Shown here one piece after another: positions 40,836 through 49,725 of a DNA stretch of 64,000 bases. The position numbers were made by a program, and so were the translations under genes. Positions within the stretch are counted from its first letter, which is position 1, and each line of letters begins with the position of its first letter. The notes beneath the pieces were generated by a model. That model was not told where the DNA came from and did no database searches. It saw only the letters and a program-made list of their open reading frames with translations. Source of the DNA: an uncultured Candidatus Saccharibacteria bacterium (GTDB lineage: Bacteria; Patescibacteriota; Doudnabacteria; UBA920); contig CAYSUI010000005.1 of NCBI GenBank assembly GCA_964434195.1, positions 10,671 through 74,670 of the forward strand. The letters are read 5' to 3'.

Positions 40836-41705
40836 GTGATCCCGTTTCTGAGCACAAAAATTTTGTATTATTACATATTAGACCCAACAAATATACCGTA
40901 CGATAAATTCGAACGGTATCAAATCGAATTACAAGGTCTTGTAGCTGAGTTTAATGTTTCTGGTGAAACCTCGAGAGTTACCCCACTAAGAAGTATTTCC
41001 GACCTTGTCGACACCGCCAGTAGTCGTGGAGTAAAAACCATAATCGCCTGCGGTACCGACGATACCTTTAACCTAATGCTCGCGAGTTTAAAAGGACGAG
41101 ATTTCGTACTGGGATTTGTTCCATTCGACGAAAATTCCTACCTTTCAAAAATACTTGGTCTAGGAAGTGTTTCTAATGCAATTAGAACAATAGCGGGTAG
41201 AAGAATTGAAAAAATAGATTTAGCCTACGTCGGATCTTCATATTTCATAAGTTCCTTAGAAATGGGCACCCCAACATCTGAGATAAAAAAAGCGGGTTTC
41301 TTCAGCAGTTTTAAAATCTTTGGAAATACCGGTGAAGAAATAACTCTTAGAATAGACGACAATTACACTTTAAACACAGAAATTTTAAGTGCGCTTGTTG
41401 TTAACACGCGTTCTACTTCTTCCAAAAACGCCAAACTCGCAAACCCAACCGACGGTTATCTGGATTTACTCATGATTCCCAAACTAAAAACTACCGATGC
41501 ACTGAAAAATAAAAGCATTATAGGTGAAGGTTTGTTGGAGCAAATACCGAATTCCTCAACAATAAGGTGTAAACAAGTAGAATGCCTCGAACCAAAAGGA
41601 ATGCCTATCAGGCTAGCAGGCAAAGTAATCGCTAAATTCCCTTGTTTAATCCAAATATCATCTGAAAGCTTAAGAGTTATTGTAGGCAAAAACCGCACAT
41701 TTTAA
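40836..41705 (+). CDS. Diacylglycerol kinase-like protein; probable start TTG 40863
   Basis: IIACGTDDT, LGFVP, KIDLA, NPTDGYLDL. Confidence 0.75.
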   Translation: MIPFLSTKILYYYILDPTNIPYDKFERYQIELQGLVAEFNVSGETSRVTPLRSISDLVDTASSRGVKTIIACGTDDTFNLMLASLKGRDFVLGFVPFDENSYLSKILGLGSVSNAIRTIAGRRIEKIDLAYVGSSYFISSLEMGTPTSEIKKAGFFSSFKIFGNTGEEITLRIDDNYTLNTEILSALVVNTRSTSSKNAKLANPTDGYLDLLMIPKLKTTDALKNKSIIGEGLLEQIPNSSTIRCKQVECLEPKGMPIRLAGKVIAKFPCLIQISSESLRVIVGKNRTF

Positions 41706-41923
41706 CCCCGTTGCTCGGGGTTTTTAGTTGCCAAAACACGCGCTTTTAGGTATATTTAGAAAGTTATAAATAAATTCCCTCGAATTTACTCATCCTTCTT
41801 ATATTGAATTATGCGATTCAAAAAATAGCTTTTTCTCGATACGGGTCTCCTATTTCGAGAAAAAATAAAAGGAAAGAGTGAGTCATGAGAGGGAAAACCA
41901 TGTTTTCCCTCTTATATTACTTT

Positions 41924-43849
41924 ATGAATCTATCCTCCCTTTCAGAACAACTAAATTTGTCCATTCAGGAACTTCGCGATAAAGCTAACGCAAAGGGTTT
42001 TCGCATATCCCCAAGAGCAAACAAGATAGATAACCACCTCGCAAAGGAAATAATAGAAGCCCTACAAGTCAAAAAAACAGTTGAGAATAACACCCCAACA
42101 ACCCCAACCAGTATAAACCTCCCTCCATTCATTAAGGTCAGGGAATTTGCAGATTTGTTGAAAAAACCCGTGACCGAGGTCATTAAAGTGCTCATTCAGA
42201 ATGGAGTCATGGCTACTATCAACGAAGAGGTAGACTATGAAACAGCCGCTATCGTTGCTCAAGATCTAGGTTTCGAAGTCTCTACTCAGGTAAATAATGA
42301 CGAAGAAACTTATGGCTTAGGTTTCCTTCAACAAGTTATAACTTCTGAAACAGAAGGGAATTTACAACCCAGATCACCTATAGTAGCCGTAATGGGACAC
42401 GTAGATCACGGTAAAACCACCTTATTAGACGCAATCCGAAGAACCAAAGTAGCGGAAGGTGAATCAGGCGGTATTACTCAACATATTGGAGCTTATCAAG
42501 TTAAGCATAACGGTAAAAATGTTACTTTCTTAGACACACCTGGACACGAAGCTTTCTCAGAAATGAGAGCCAGAGGCGCTAATGTAACAGATATCATTAT
42601 TCTGGTTGTAGCGGCCGATGATGGCGTAAGACCACAAACAGTTGAGGTTATTAACAGAGCAAAATTCACCAATACCCCCATTATTGTTGCCATAAACAAG
42701 ATCGACAAAGAAAATGCTAACCCAATGAGGGTCAAACAGGAATTAGCAGAATATGGCATTTTAACCGAAGAATGGGGAGGCAAAACTATTGCGGTAGAAA
42801 TTTCAGCTAAACAAAACAAAGGAATAGATGATTTACTTGAAATGGTCCTTCTAACAGCAGAAATAGAAAACCTGAAGGCTAACCCAGAAGGTAAAACAGT
42901 GGGTACTGTAATTGAATCAGATACCGAACTCGGCTTAGGTGCTGTAGCAACCCTAATAGTCCAAAATGGGACCCTAAAAATTGGTGATATCTGTGTTGCT
43001 GGTAAAGCATACGGAAAAATAAAGAGTATGGAGAGCGATTCAGGTAAAAAGCTCAAAATAGCACCACCTAGCTCCCCGGTTAGAGTTTCGGGTCTTTCCA
43101 CCACCGCAGAAGCAGGAGATGTCCTACAAACAGTCGAAACTATCGAAAAAGCTAAACAAATTGCAGAAAGCGTAGCAAAAAGACAAAGAAGCCATACCTT
43201 AAAAGGTAAACACAGTCTCCAAGGAGATTTACAAAATAAGAGTCTCAATTTAATCATAAAAACCGACGTAGCTGGTAGCCTTGAAGCTATTAAACAATCT
43301 CTAGCCAAGTTAAAGAATGACGAAGTAAAAATTGAAATTCTAAATAGCGGTGTTGGAGAAGTAAATGAATCAGATGTTTTACTAGCAGAACCTTCTAAAG
43401 CCACCATTATAGCTTTTAGGGCCAAAACAAACCCCAAGGCAATAAATCTCGCTAAACAGAAAAAGGTTATAATCGATTCGTACGACGTTATTTACGAATT
43501 AATCGAGAACATTACTTCAGCAGTCGTCCAAATGTTCACCCCTGAATATGAAAAAGTAAGTTTTGGTAAAGGTGAGATATTAGCTATCTTTAGAACAGAA
43601 AAATCTGAAATGATAATTGGTGGAAAAGTAACAGAAGGCGAACTCAGAAAGAATAAGCGCATTTCCATAGAAAGAGCCGGAGTTCAAATTGGAACCGCCG
43701 AGATCCTAGAACTTCAACAAAGTAAGATCGCAACAAAAGAAGTTACTAAAGGAAATGAGTTTGGTATGAAACTAAAAACGAATATCAAACTTCAAACAGG
43801 AGATATTCTAGAAAGCTTCGAAGAAAACCTAAAACAAAAGAGTCTTTAA
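41924..43849 (+). CDS. infB: Translation initiation factor IF-2
   Basis: MGHVDHGKTT, GGITQHIGAY, DTPGHEAF, NKID; start placed after the leader hairpin. Confidence 0.97.
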   Translation: MNLSSLSEQLNLSIQELRDKANAKGFRISPRANKIDNHLAKEIIEALQVKKTVENNTPTTPTSINLPPFIKVREFADLLKKPVTEVIKVLIQNGVMATINEEVDYETAAIVAQDLGFEVSTQVNNDEETYGLGFLQQVITSETEGNLQPRSPIVAVMGHVDHGKTTLLDAIRRTKVAEGESGGITQHIGAYQVKHNGKNVTFLDTPGHEAFSEMRARGANVTDIIILVVAADDGVRPQTVEVINRAKFTNTPIIVAINKIDKENANPMRVKQELAEYGILTEEWGGKTIAVEISAKQNKGIDDLLEMVLLTAEIENLKANPEGKTVGTVIESDTELGLGAVATLIVQNGTLKIGDICVAGKAYGKIKSMESDSGKKLKIAPPSSPVRVSGLSTTAEAGDVLQTVETIEKAKQIAESVAKRQRSHTLKGKHSLQGDLQNKSLNLIIKTDVAGSLEAIKQSLAKLKNDEVKIEILNSGVGEVNESDVLLAEPSKATIIAFRAKTNPKAINLAKQKKVIIDSYDVIYELIENITSAVVQMFTPEYEKVSFGKGEILAIFRTEKSEMIIGGKVTEGELRKNKRISIERAGVQIGTAEILELQQSKIATKEVTKGNEFGMKLKTNIKLQTGDILESFEENLKQKSL

Positions 43850-43938
43850 AACCCCTTTCCGGGGGTTTTTTGTTCTGTTTGCTACAATAAAACTACACTT
43901 GATAATAAAATCTAAACCTCGTATACTATCCATTCTCT

Positions 43939-44292
43939 ATGAAAAAAGACCTAAAAAAACCAAGTTTTCGCATAAATAAAGTTGAAGCCTTAGCCCAACA
44001 AATCATTGGCGTTGCCATACGTCCTTTTCTTGAAAATCTACCAGGATTTACCACTGTCAGCAAAGTCCAAGTGAGCAAAGATATGAAATGGGCCAAGGTT
44101 TATATATCTATCGTAGGTGGCGATGATAAAAAAATCTTTGACACTTTAAATAAAAATATTTACGACATCCAAGGCGAATTAAACCACCAATTGGCTGTAA
44201 AAATAGTACCTAGAATAAGTTTTCACCTAGACGAATCCCCTAGATATGCCCAGCACATAGAAGAAATAATAAAAGAGATTCACAAAGATTAA
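43939..44292 (+). CDS. rbfA: Ribosome-binding factor A
   Basis: TVSKVQVSKDMKWAKVYIS, VPRISFHLD; follows infB. Confidence 0.88.
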   Translation: MKKDLKKPSFRINKVEALAQQIIGVAIRPFLENLPGFTTVSKVQVSKDMKWAKVYISIVGGDDKKIFDTLNKNIYDIQGELNHQLAVKIVPRISFHLDESPRYAQHIEEIIKEIHKD

Positions 44293-44294
44293 AT

Positions 44295-45341
44295 ATGGAT
44301 CCCGTTTTTAACCTAACCAAAGAAACTCTCGAAAAATCTTCAAAGATCCTCCTTACTACCCACGAAAGAACAGATGGAGACGATCTTGGTACTGTTTTGG
44401 CTATTTATGCGCACCTTTCTATTTTCAAAAACAAAGATATTAGAATCGTAATAAAAGGCGGAGTTCCTGAACAACTCAAATATCTACCTAATTCAGACAA
44501 AGTAACGGAAAAACTAGACCCTGGTTTTATTCCAGAAGTAATATTGTATTCTGGTTGTTCAAAAAAAGACCGTTGTAACTTACCAGAAATTACATCTCTG
44601 ACCACTCCTATAATAAATTTTGACCATCACCCAGATAACACAAATTTTGGTGATATCAATGTGGTCGATAGTAAAAAATCTTCTGTAGCAGAACTAACTT
44701 ACGATTTTTTTAATTACTCTAATTGGAAAATAACACCTGAGACAGCCACCTGTCTTTTGACTGGCATATTTACGGATACTGGCTCATTTATGCACAGCAA
44801 TACCAAACAAGCCAGCCTACTAGCTGCTGCTGATCTAATGAAAAAAGGAGCATCACTAACTAAAATTGCTAAATATACTTACAAAGGCAAGAGTCCCAAT
44901 ACACTAAAAGCATGGGGCAAAGCCCTTGAAAACACGTATTACGACGCAAACAGAAAGATAATCTATTCAGTAATGACTACCAAAGATTTAACCGACTTAA
45001 AAGACCTACCTTTATCTTCATTTGAAGGATTTGTAGAGACACTTAACAAAGTACCCGAAGCAAAGGTAGCCATGTTCCTAAAACAAGACGGAGATACCAT
45101 AAAAGGCAGCCTAAGAAGCGACCCACATAAAGGTATAAACGTTCAAAAAATAGCTAAAATCCTAGGTGGAGGAGGCCATGTATGGGCATCCGGCTTCTCC
45201 ATAGTAGGCCAACTACAAAAAAACGAACTAGGCAAATGGGTAGTAACCCCAACTATGCCAGAAGTTACGGAAAATATAACTTCAGTTAAAAACTACCTGA
45301 AAGAAGAAGCCTCCCTCCCCTTCCCCAAAAAACAAGCCTAA
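44295..45341 (+). CDS. DHH/DHHA1 phosphoesterase (NrnA-like)
   Basis: THERTDGD, FDHH, TDTGSF, SLRS, GGGGH. Confidence 0.9.
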   Translation: MDPVFNLTKETLEKSSKILLTTHERTDGDDLGTVLAIYAHLSIFKNKDIRIVIKGGVPEQLKYLPNSDKVTEKLDPGFIPEVILYSGCSKKDRCNLPEITSLTTPIINFDHHPDNTNFGDINVVDSKKSSVAELTYDFFNYSNWKITPETATCLLTGIFTDTGSFMHSNTKQASLLAAADLMKKGASLTKIAKYTYKGKSPNTLKAWGKALENTYYDANRKIIYSVMTTKDLTDLKDLPLSSFEGFVETLNKVPEAKVAMFLKQDGDTIKGSLRSDPHKGINVQKIAKILGGGGHVWASGFSIVGQLQKNELGKWVVTPTMPEVTENITSVKNYLKEEASLPFPKKQA

Positions 45342-45386
45342 ATACTCAAACAATCGTTCTTAAATAGAACGATTTTTGTTAGCTAA

Positions 45387-45875
45387 ATAAATGAAAAGAG
45401 AATATTTTATAACTCACAAAAAGAAAGAAAACTTATCCAAGCTGAGGAAAGAGGAGAAAAAAATTAACAAAGAGCATTTGATCTAGCTTTAAACCTAACC
45501 AACATACCAAAAGAAAAATATCCTCAAATAATTCTCTTCGCGCACTGTACAAGGTCGGAAAATTATTCCAGAACAGATAGAAAAGGGGAAGATATAAGAA
45601 TACGTATAAAATCGGTATCAGGGGGCAATACAAAAGAACAAGGATATATTGTCTATGACGTAAAAAGTTCGGAATACGGAGCATATCTCAAAGAAACTGC
45701 TGATGCAAAATTTAGCTCATATGTTAACGCAAAAAGAAAAGCTGGAAATATCAAAAATGCCAGATTGTCAAAAACATTAGTGGTAAATGAAATGAAATCA
45801 GACCATGAAATCCAGGAACAAATACTAAAGGACCTAAAAGAAGTAAACTTATTACCAGATTCCATAGATCTATAG
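45387..45875 (+). pseudogene. Probable pseudogene of a PD-(D/E)xK nuclease-like protein
   Basis: One frame stays open for about 160 codons except for TAA at 45465; RGEKN*QRA...DRKGED...YDVKSS. Confidence 0.5.
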
Positions 45876-45924
45876 GAAATCCAGTTTTCCCAAAAGAAAA
45901 CACCCAATTATGGGTGTTTTCTTT

Positions 45925-45998
45925 TGGAGCGGCTAACGGGAATCGAACCCGTGTCCCTTCCTTGGCAAGGAAGAGTTCTACCATTGAACCATAGCCGC
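45925..45998 (-). tRNA. tRNA-Gly(GCC)
   Basis: ttGCCaa loop, TCCA end. Confidence 0.94.
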
Positions 45999-46026
45999 AC
46001 TATGTAAAACATATTCTACTACAAGA

Positions 46027-46164
46027 TTCACGAGCGTAGCAATGTGAATGCGCCAACCAAAAGTAGCTCGCTACTTTTGAAAGGGACAACAAGGTAAACG
46101 AAGTGTAGTCTTTATGAAGCGAAAGCGTAATAAAGACGTAACGCAGTGAGCCTTGGTTGGCCCG
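46027..46164. repeat. Family A element, copy 2 (3' of tRNA-Phe)
   Basis: Same architecture as 8749-8886 with compensatory stem changes. Confidence 0.9.
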
Positions 46165-46167
46165 TGG

Positions 46168-46242
46168 TGGTGCCTCGGCTCAGAATCGAACTGAGTACGC
46201 AAGCCTCTTCAGGGCTTCGCTCTACCAATGAGCTACCGAGGC
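46168..46242 (-). tRNA. tRNA-Phe(GAA)
   Basis: ctGAAga loop; followed by a second CCA. Confidence 0.93.
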
Positions 46243-46251
46243 GCTTCTATA

Positions 46252-46273
46252 TTCACGAGCGCAGCAATGTGAA
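46252..46273. repeat. Family A terminal hairpin only (3' of tRNA-Val)
   Basis: ttcacgagcgcagcaatgtgaa, identical to the end of copies 1 and 3. Confidence 0.85.
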
Positions 46274-46282
46274 CCATTTATC

Positions 46283-46358
46283 TGGTGGACGCTACAGGAC
46301 TCGAACCTGTGACATCTTCGGTGTAAACGAAGCGCTCTACCAACTGAGCTAAGCGTCC
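46283..46358 (-). tRNA. tRNA-Val(TAC)
   Basis: ttTACac loop, ACCA end. Confidence 0.94.
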
Positions 46359-46385
46359 CTATATATATTATAACTGAGACTATGA

Positions 46386-46522
46386 TTCACGAGCGCAGCA
46401 ATGTGAATTCGCTACAAAATGTAACTCGTTACATTTTAAAGGGGCAACTTGGGGAACGTAGTGAAAGGTTTATGGAGCGATAGCGTAATAAACCTGCAAC
46501 GAAGAGAGCCAAGATTGACCCG
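46386..46522. repeat. Family A element, copy 3 (3' of tRNA-Leu(GAG))
   Basis: Homologous to the other copies and abuts CCA. Confidence 0.9.
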
Positions 46523-46607
46523 TGGTGCCCGAGGAGGGACTCGAACCCTCAAGCCTTACGGCATACGCACCTCAAGCGTACGCGTATACCAATTCCGCCA
46601 CCCGGGC
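46523..46607 (-). tRNA. tRNA-Leu(GAG)
   Basis: Type II cloverleaf, ttGAGgt loop. Confidence 0.95.
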
Positions 46608-46915
46608 ATAGATACATTTTACTAACTGAGGAAAAACTAAACGCTTCGTTATTTTAACAAAGTCATAAAAAAAAATCTAGCTTATTTACGCACAAAGAAC
46701 TTTCGCTGTTTTCAGAGGAAAAAAATAAAACTCCTCTTGTTTAAGAGCAAAAATAACCAAAAGGCCTTGTTTTTAACCCCAAAATCTGCTATACTAGACA
46801 TAGAACGTGCTAAATGGCACGCTCTTTTAATTCCGGAATTTGAATACAGAAACATTAATCTGGATACAAATTCCTTAGCATTAACCCAAAAGGGATATAG
46901 GATTACTATCATAAA

Positions 46916-47566
46916 ATGAAAGCAACCCCTACAATTTCTTCTGCAGTTACAAAACTCCAAGCAATTGGACTTATGGTAACGACTTTAGTTTGGGCTTACC
47001 CAACTGACGCTTTGGCTTCAAGCCTCCAGCAAGAAATGCTTACAAAAGCTCTCGTTTTCGATGTAAAACAAAAAGAAGAACTCACTTCCCTATATGGTTA
47101 TACCGTTGGTACTAGCCCTAAAGAAAAACTTGCTCAAAGTGTTAAAGAATATCTTGCTAGAAGAAATTCCCCACTCGCTGAATGTGATAACATCATAGAA
47201 CAAAACAACTGGAAAAAAATTCTTTCACTGGCCAATGCAGAAAGCGGATTAGGAAAACGTACAATACCAGGAACCCATAATTATTGGGGTGTTATGGCAG
47301 GAAGTACTTTAAAAGTTATGGCAGACAATAAATGTGATGCCATAGCAAACATGAACGAATTCTTAGCCAACTATCCACGTAGAATGTCAGTGAAATATCA
47401 GGATATGCCAATAGAACGCATGAACGGATTATATAAACAACCCTATGCTCTACACTGGACTATAAATAATAAAGTTATTATCAACGACCTCACTAAGCTT
47501 GAAAAAGAAGCATATGGCCCCCTACTCACCGAAATTGAACCCGAGGCTGTATTAGCTAAAAATTAA
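46916..47566 (+). CDS. Secreted lysozyme-fold (glucosaminidase-like) protein
   Basis: YLARRNSPLAE, SLANAESGLGK, HNYWG motifs; N-terminal signal. Confidence 0.6.
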   Translation: MKATPTISSAVTKLQAIGLMVTTLVWAYPTDALASSLQQEMLTKALVFDVKQKEELTSLYGYTVGTSPKEKLAQSVKEYLARRNSPLAECDNIIEQNNWKKILSLANAESGLGKRTIPGTHNYWGVMAGSTLKVMADNKCDAIANMNEFLANYPRRMSVKYQDMPIERMNGLYKQPYALHWTINNKVIINDLTKLEKEAYGPLLTEIEPEAVLAKN

Positions 47567-47614
47567 TAGAAATAATAAACCTCCCCCATAATAGGGGGAG
47601 GTTTTTAAATGAAA

Positions 47615-47746
47615 AACCTCGGGGCAAGCCCACGAGGTATCGAATCTCATGTGTCATTCCCGAGAAGTCGGGAATCCATGCGCTTGAATCTCATGGATCC
47701 CCGCATGCGCGAGGATGACAACACAGCGGGGCAAGCCCCGGGGTAT
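47615..47746. repeat. Nested REP-like palindromes
   Basis: ggggcaagccc hairpins on both sides of gtcattcccgagaagtcgggaatcca...tggatccccgcatgcgcgaggatgac. Confidence 0.7.
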
Positions 47747-47785
47747 TAACCCTAACAGAGATAATAAAAAACCGACATAACAATT

Positions 47786-48109
47786 TCATAATCGTATGTC
47801 GGCAATAATGTCTGCAAGAGACGTAATTAACACAATTCGCCTCTTCATTCTTCTGGCTTGTCTTATCTCCTCCATCTGCAACTGAGGATCATAAACTAGA
47901 AGAAAGATACGCTTCGTAGCGCTTGTGAAGAGTTGCTCCAATCCCTGAAAACTAGTTAGAACTACATGACTGGGACCTTGTTCTACTACCTCCTGAGCAG
48001 ACTGGGTGAATGATGTTTCAAAACCCATAGCACGAATAGTATCTAGAAGCGGATTTGCCTCGTCCACTCGCGCCACACTTCCGTTGGTGAAACAGAGTGT
48101 ACTTGTCAC
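47786..48109 (-). CDS. Hypothetical protein
   Basis: GGGAGGAG RBS before GTG; 107 aa. Confidence 0.6.
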   Translation of the reverse strand: MTSTLCFTNGSVARVDEANPLLDTIRAMGFETSFTQSAQEVVEQGPSHVVLTSFQGLEQLFTSATKRIFLLVYDPQLQMEEIRQARRMKRRIVLITSLADIIADIRL

Positions 48110-48323
48110 TTAATCTCCTCCCGAAAAATTTATTGTGAAAACCAAATAAAATAGATAACTAACGAATATTAATAAAATAATAACCACATGTAAAGTGGAC
48201 AACTAATTTATAATTTAAGAGTCCATTCCCATGGAAATGGGAATCCACACCCAGATTGATTTTTACGCCCTAATAAAGTAAAATTGAGTAACGAATTCCC
48301 CACTGACGTTGCACTTCTGCATT

Positions 48324-48440
48324 TAATAGCAGCAAAGCTGCGAGACGGGGGAAGCTTCGATCCGGGTTTCCCGGATGAAGGGGTGCTCTTGAAGGAATCA
48401 GGCTTCGCCTGTCCCTGCTCAAGTCGGCTACGCAAGCCCC
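48324..48440. repeat. Family B structured element upstream of tRNA-Cys
   Basis: taatagcagcaaagctgcgaga...ggctacgcaagcccc matches taatagcggcaaggccgcgaga...ggcgacgcaagcccc at 56711-56781. Confidence 0.8.
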
Positions 48441-48446
48441 TACCTA

Positions 48447-48521
48447 GGTGCGTTGGCGAAGTGGTAACGCTGCGGTCTGCAAAACCGCCATGCGTGGGTT
48501 CGAATCCCACACGCACCTCCA
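48447..48521 (+). tRNA. tRNA-Cys(GCA)
   Basis: ggtgcgt/acgcacc acceptor stem, ctGCAaa loop, TCCA. Confidence 0.94.
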
Positions 48522-48537
48522 TGTGGGAGGTTATTCA

Positions 48538-48704
48538 GGATTCCCAAATTACTTGCTTACGTATGAGTTTATTTGAAAAACCCCGAAGAGGGGTTTTTCA
48601 AAAAACAAAGCAAGAAGCAGTTTGGGAAGAGGAGAACTTTATGGAAACTGCAGTTACTAGTTCTGCAACGAACTAGTAACGGAGGTTGGAATAAAGTATG
48701 ACGA
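48538..48704. repeat. Family C structured element
   Basis: aaattacttgcttac...gaagca.tttgggaagaggagaactttatgga.actgcagt...ataaagt..gacga shared with 56844-57008. Confidence 0.9.
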
Positions 48705-48771
48705 GGCGAAGTGGTAACGCTGCGGTCTGCAAAACCGCCATTCGCGGGCTCGAATCCCGCTCGCGCCTCCA
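48705..48771 (+). pseudogene. 5'-truncated second tRNA-Cys allele
   Basis: D and anticodon arms identical to the intact copy; T-stem and acceptor 3' strand differ; first 8 nt missing. Confidence 0.85.
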
Positions 48772-48859
48772 AAAAACAACAATCCTATTTGTTGTTTTTT
48801 AATTGGTATACGATAATAAATCTCTTGTGATTACGTTTACCTATTGATATAATTGTAAT

Positions 48860-49345
48860 ATGCCCAACAAAAGGAGATGGACAAATAAAGAATTGATTAA
48901 GGCTGTGAAAACATCTTATAGTCTCAGGCAAGTATTAATACTACTCGGACTACGGCCAACAGGTGGTAATTACGATCAACTAGCAAAATACATAAAAGAA
49001 CTAAATCTAAATATCACACATTTTAAGGGTAAGGGCTGGAATAAGGGTTTAACATATTTTCATCCTCGTCAGGAATTAAAAGATCTTCTTGTCAAAGGTG
49101 GAACTTCCCAAAGTTACAAATTAAAACTACGACTATTCCGAGAAAATCTTAAACCTCAACAATGCGAAGAGTGTGGGTGGGCAAAAAAATCACCTGATGG
49201 ACGCCTACCACTAGAACTTGAACACATAAATGGAGACAGGCACGATAATAGAATAGAAAACTTAAAAATTCTGTGTCCAAACTGCCATAGTTTAACTATT
49301 ACATATAGGGCTAGAAATAAAATCAAAAAATCTGCTACAATATGA
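48860..49345 (+). CDS. Free-standing HNH endonuclease
   Basis: CEECG, LELEHINGDRHDNRIENLKILCPNCHS. Confidence 0.92.
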   Translation: MPNKRRWTNKELIKAVKTSYSLRQVLILLGLRPTGGNYDQLAKYIKELNLNITHFKGKGWNKGLTYFHPRQELKDLLVKGGTSQSYKLKLRLFRENLKPQQCEECGWAKKSPDGRLPLELEHINGDRHDNRIENLKILCPNCHSLTITYRARNKIKKSATI

Positions 49346-49350
49346 ACCAT

Positions 49351-49436
49351 GCCCGAGTGGCGGAACTGGTATACGCACAACACTTAAAATGTTGCGTCCT
49401 ATGGAATTGAGGGTTCGAGTCCCTCCTCGGGCACCA
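49351..49436 (+). tRNA. tRNA-Leu(TAA)
   Basis: Type II cloverleaf, ctTAAaa loop, ACCA. Confidence 0.95.
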
Positions 49437-49647
49437 CAAAAAACACGTTCATATATGTGAACGTGTTTTTTATTAATATTAACTAAAAATAAAGGGAATC
49501 AAACCTTCGCGCTAGCGAAATCTTTAGAAAGCTTAAGACATGCTCCGCTGGCTTAAGCGTTCGGCGCAAGCCTGCGAAGTCGCCGATATATAGACATCCC
49601 TCCTCGGGCACCACAAAAAAACACGTTCTATATATGAACGTGTTTTT
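49420..49647 (+). repeat. About 51-bp direct repeat of the tRNA-Leu 3' end plus terminator, flanking a ~125-bp structured insert
   Basis: tccctcctcgggcaccacaaaaaa(a)cacgttc...gaacgtgttttt at 49420-49470 and 49597-49647. Confidence 0.9.
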
Positions 49648-49725
49648 AAGTAATATATAGACAGAAAAATTAAGAAATGCTATAAATACAAATTAATTCC
49701 TACATCCAACATTCGGAGGCTAAAA

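Noticed and set aside
42496-43437. 313-aa antisense ORF inside infB, and similar shadow ORFs in smc, ftsH, gyrA and rpsA
   Set aside because: Expected antisense open frames from codon bias; no motifs or start signals.
34441-45875. Stop-codon reassignment suggested by in-frame stops in two relic frames
   Set aside because: Core genes end normally at TAA, TAG and TGA and have no internal stops, so these are better read as pseudogenes.
48208-48772. ORFs spanning the tRNA-Cys locus, and ORFs over other tRNAs (8740-9059, 36656-36838, 46146-46352, 59979-60170)
   Set aside because: They overlap tRNA genes and GC-rich hairpin elements; spurious.
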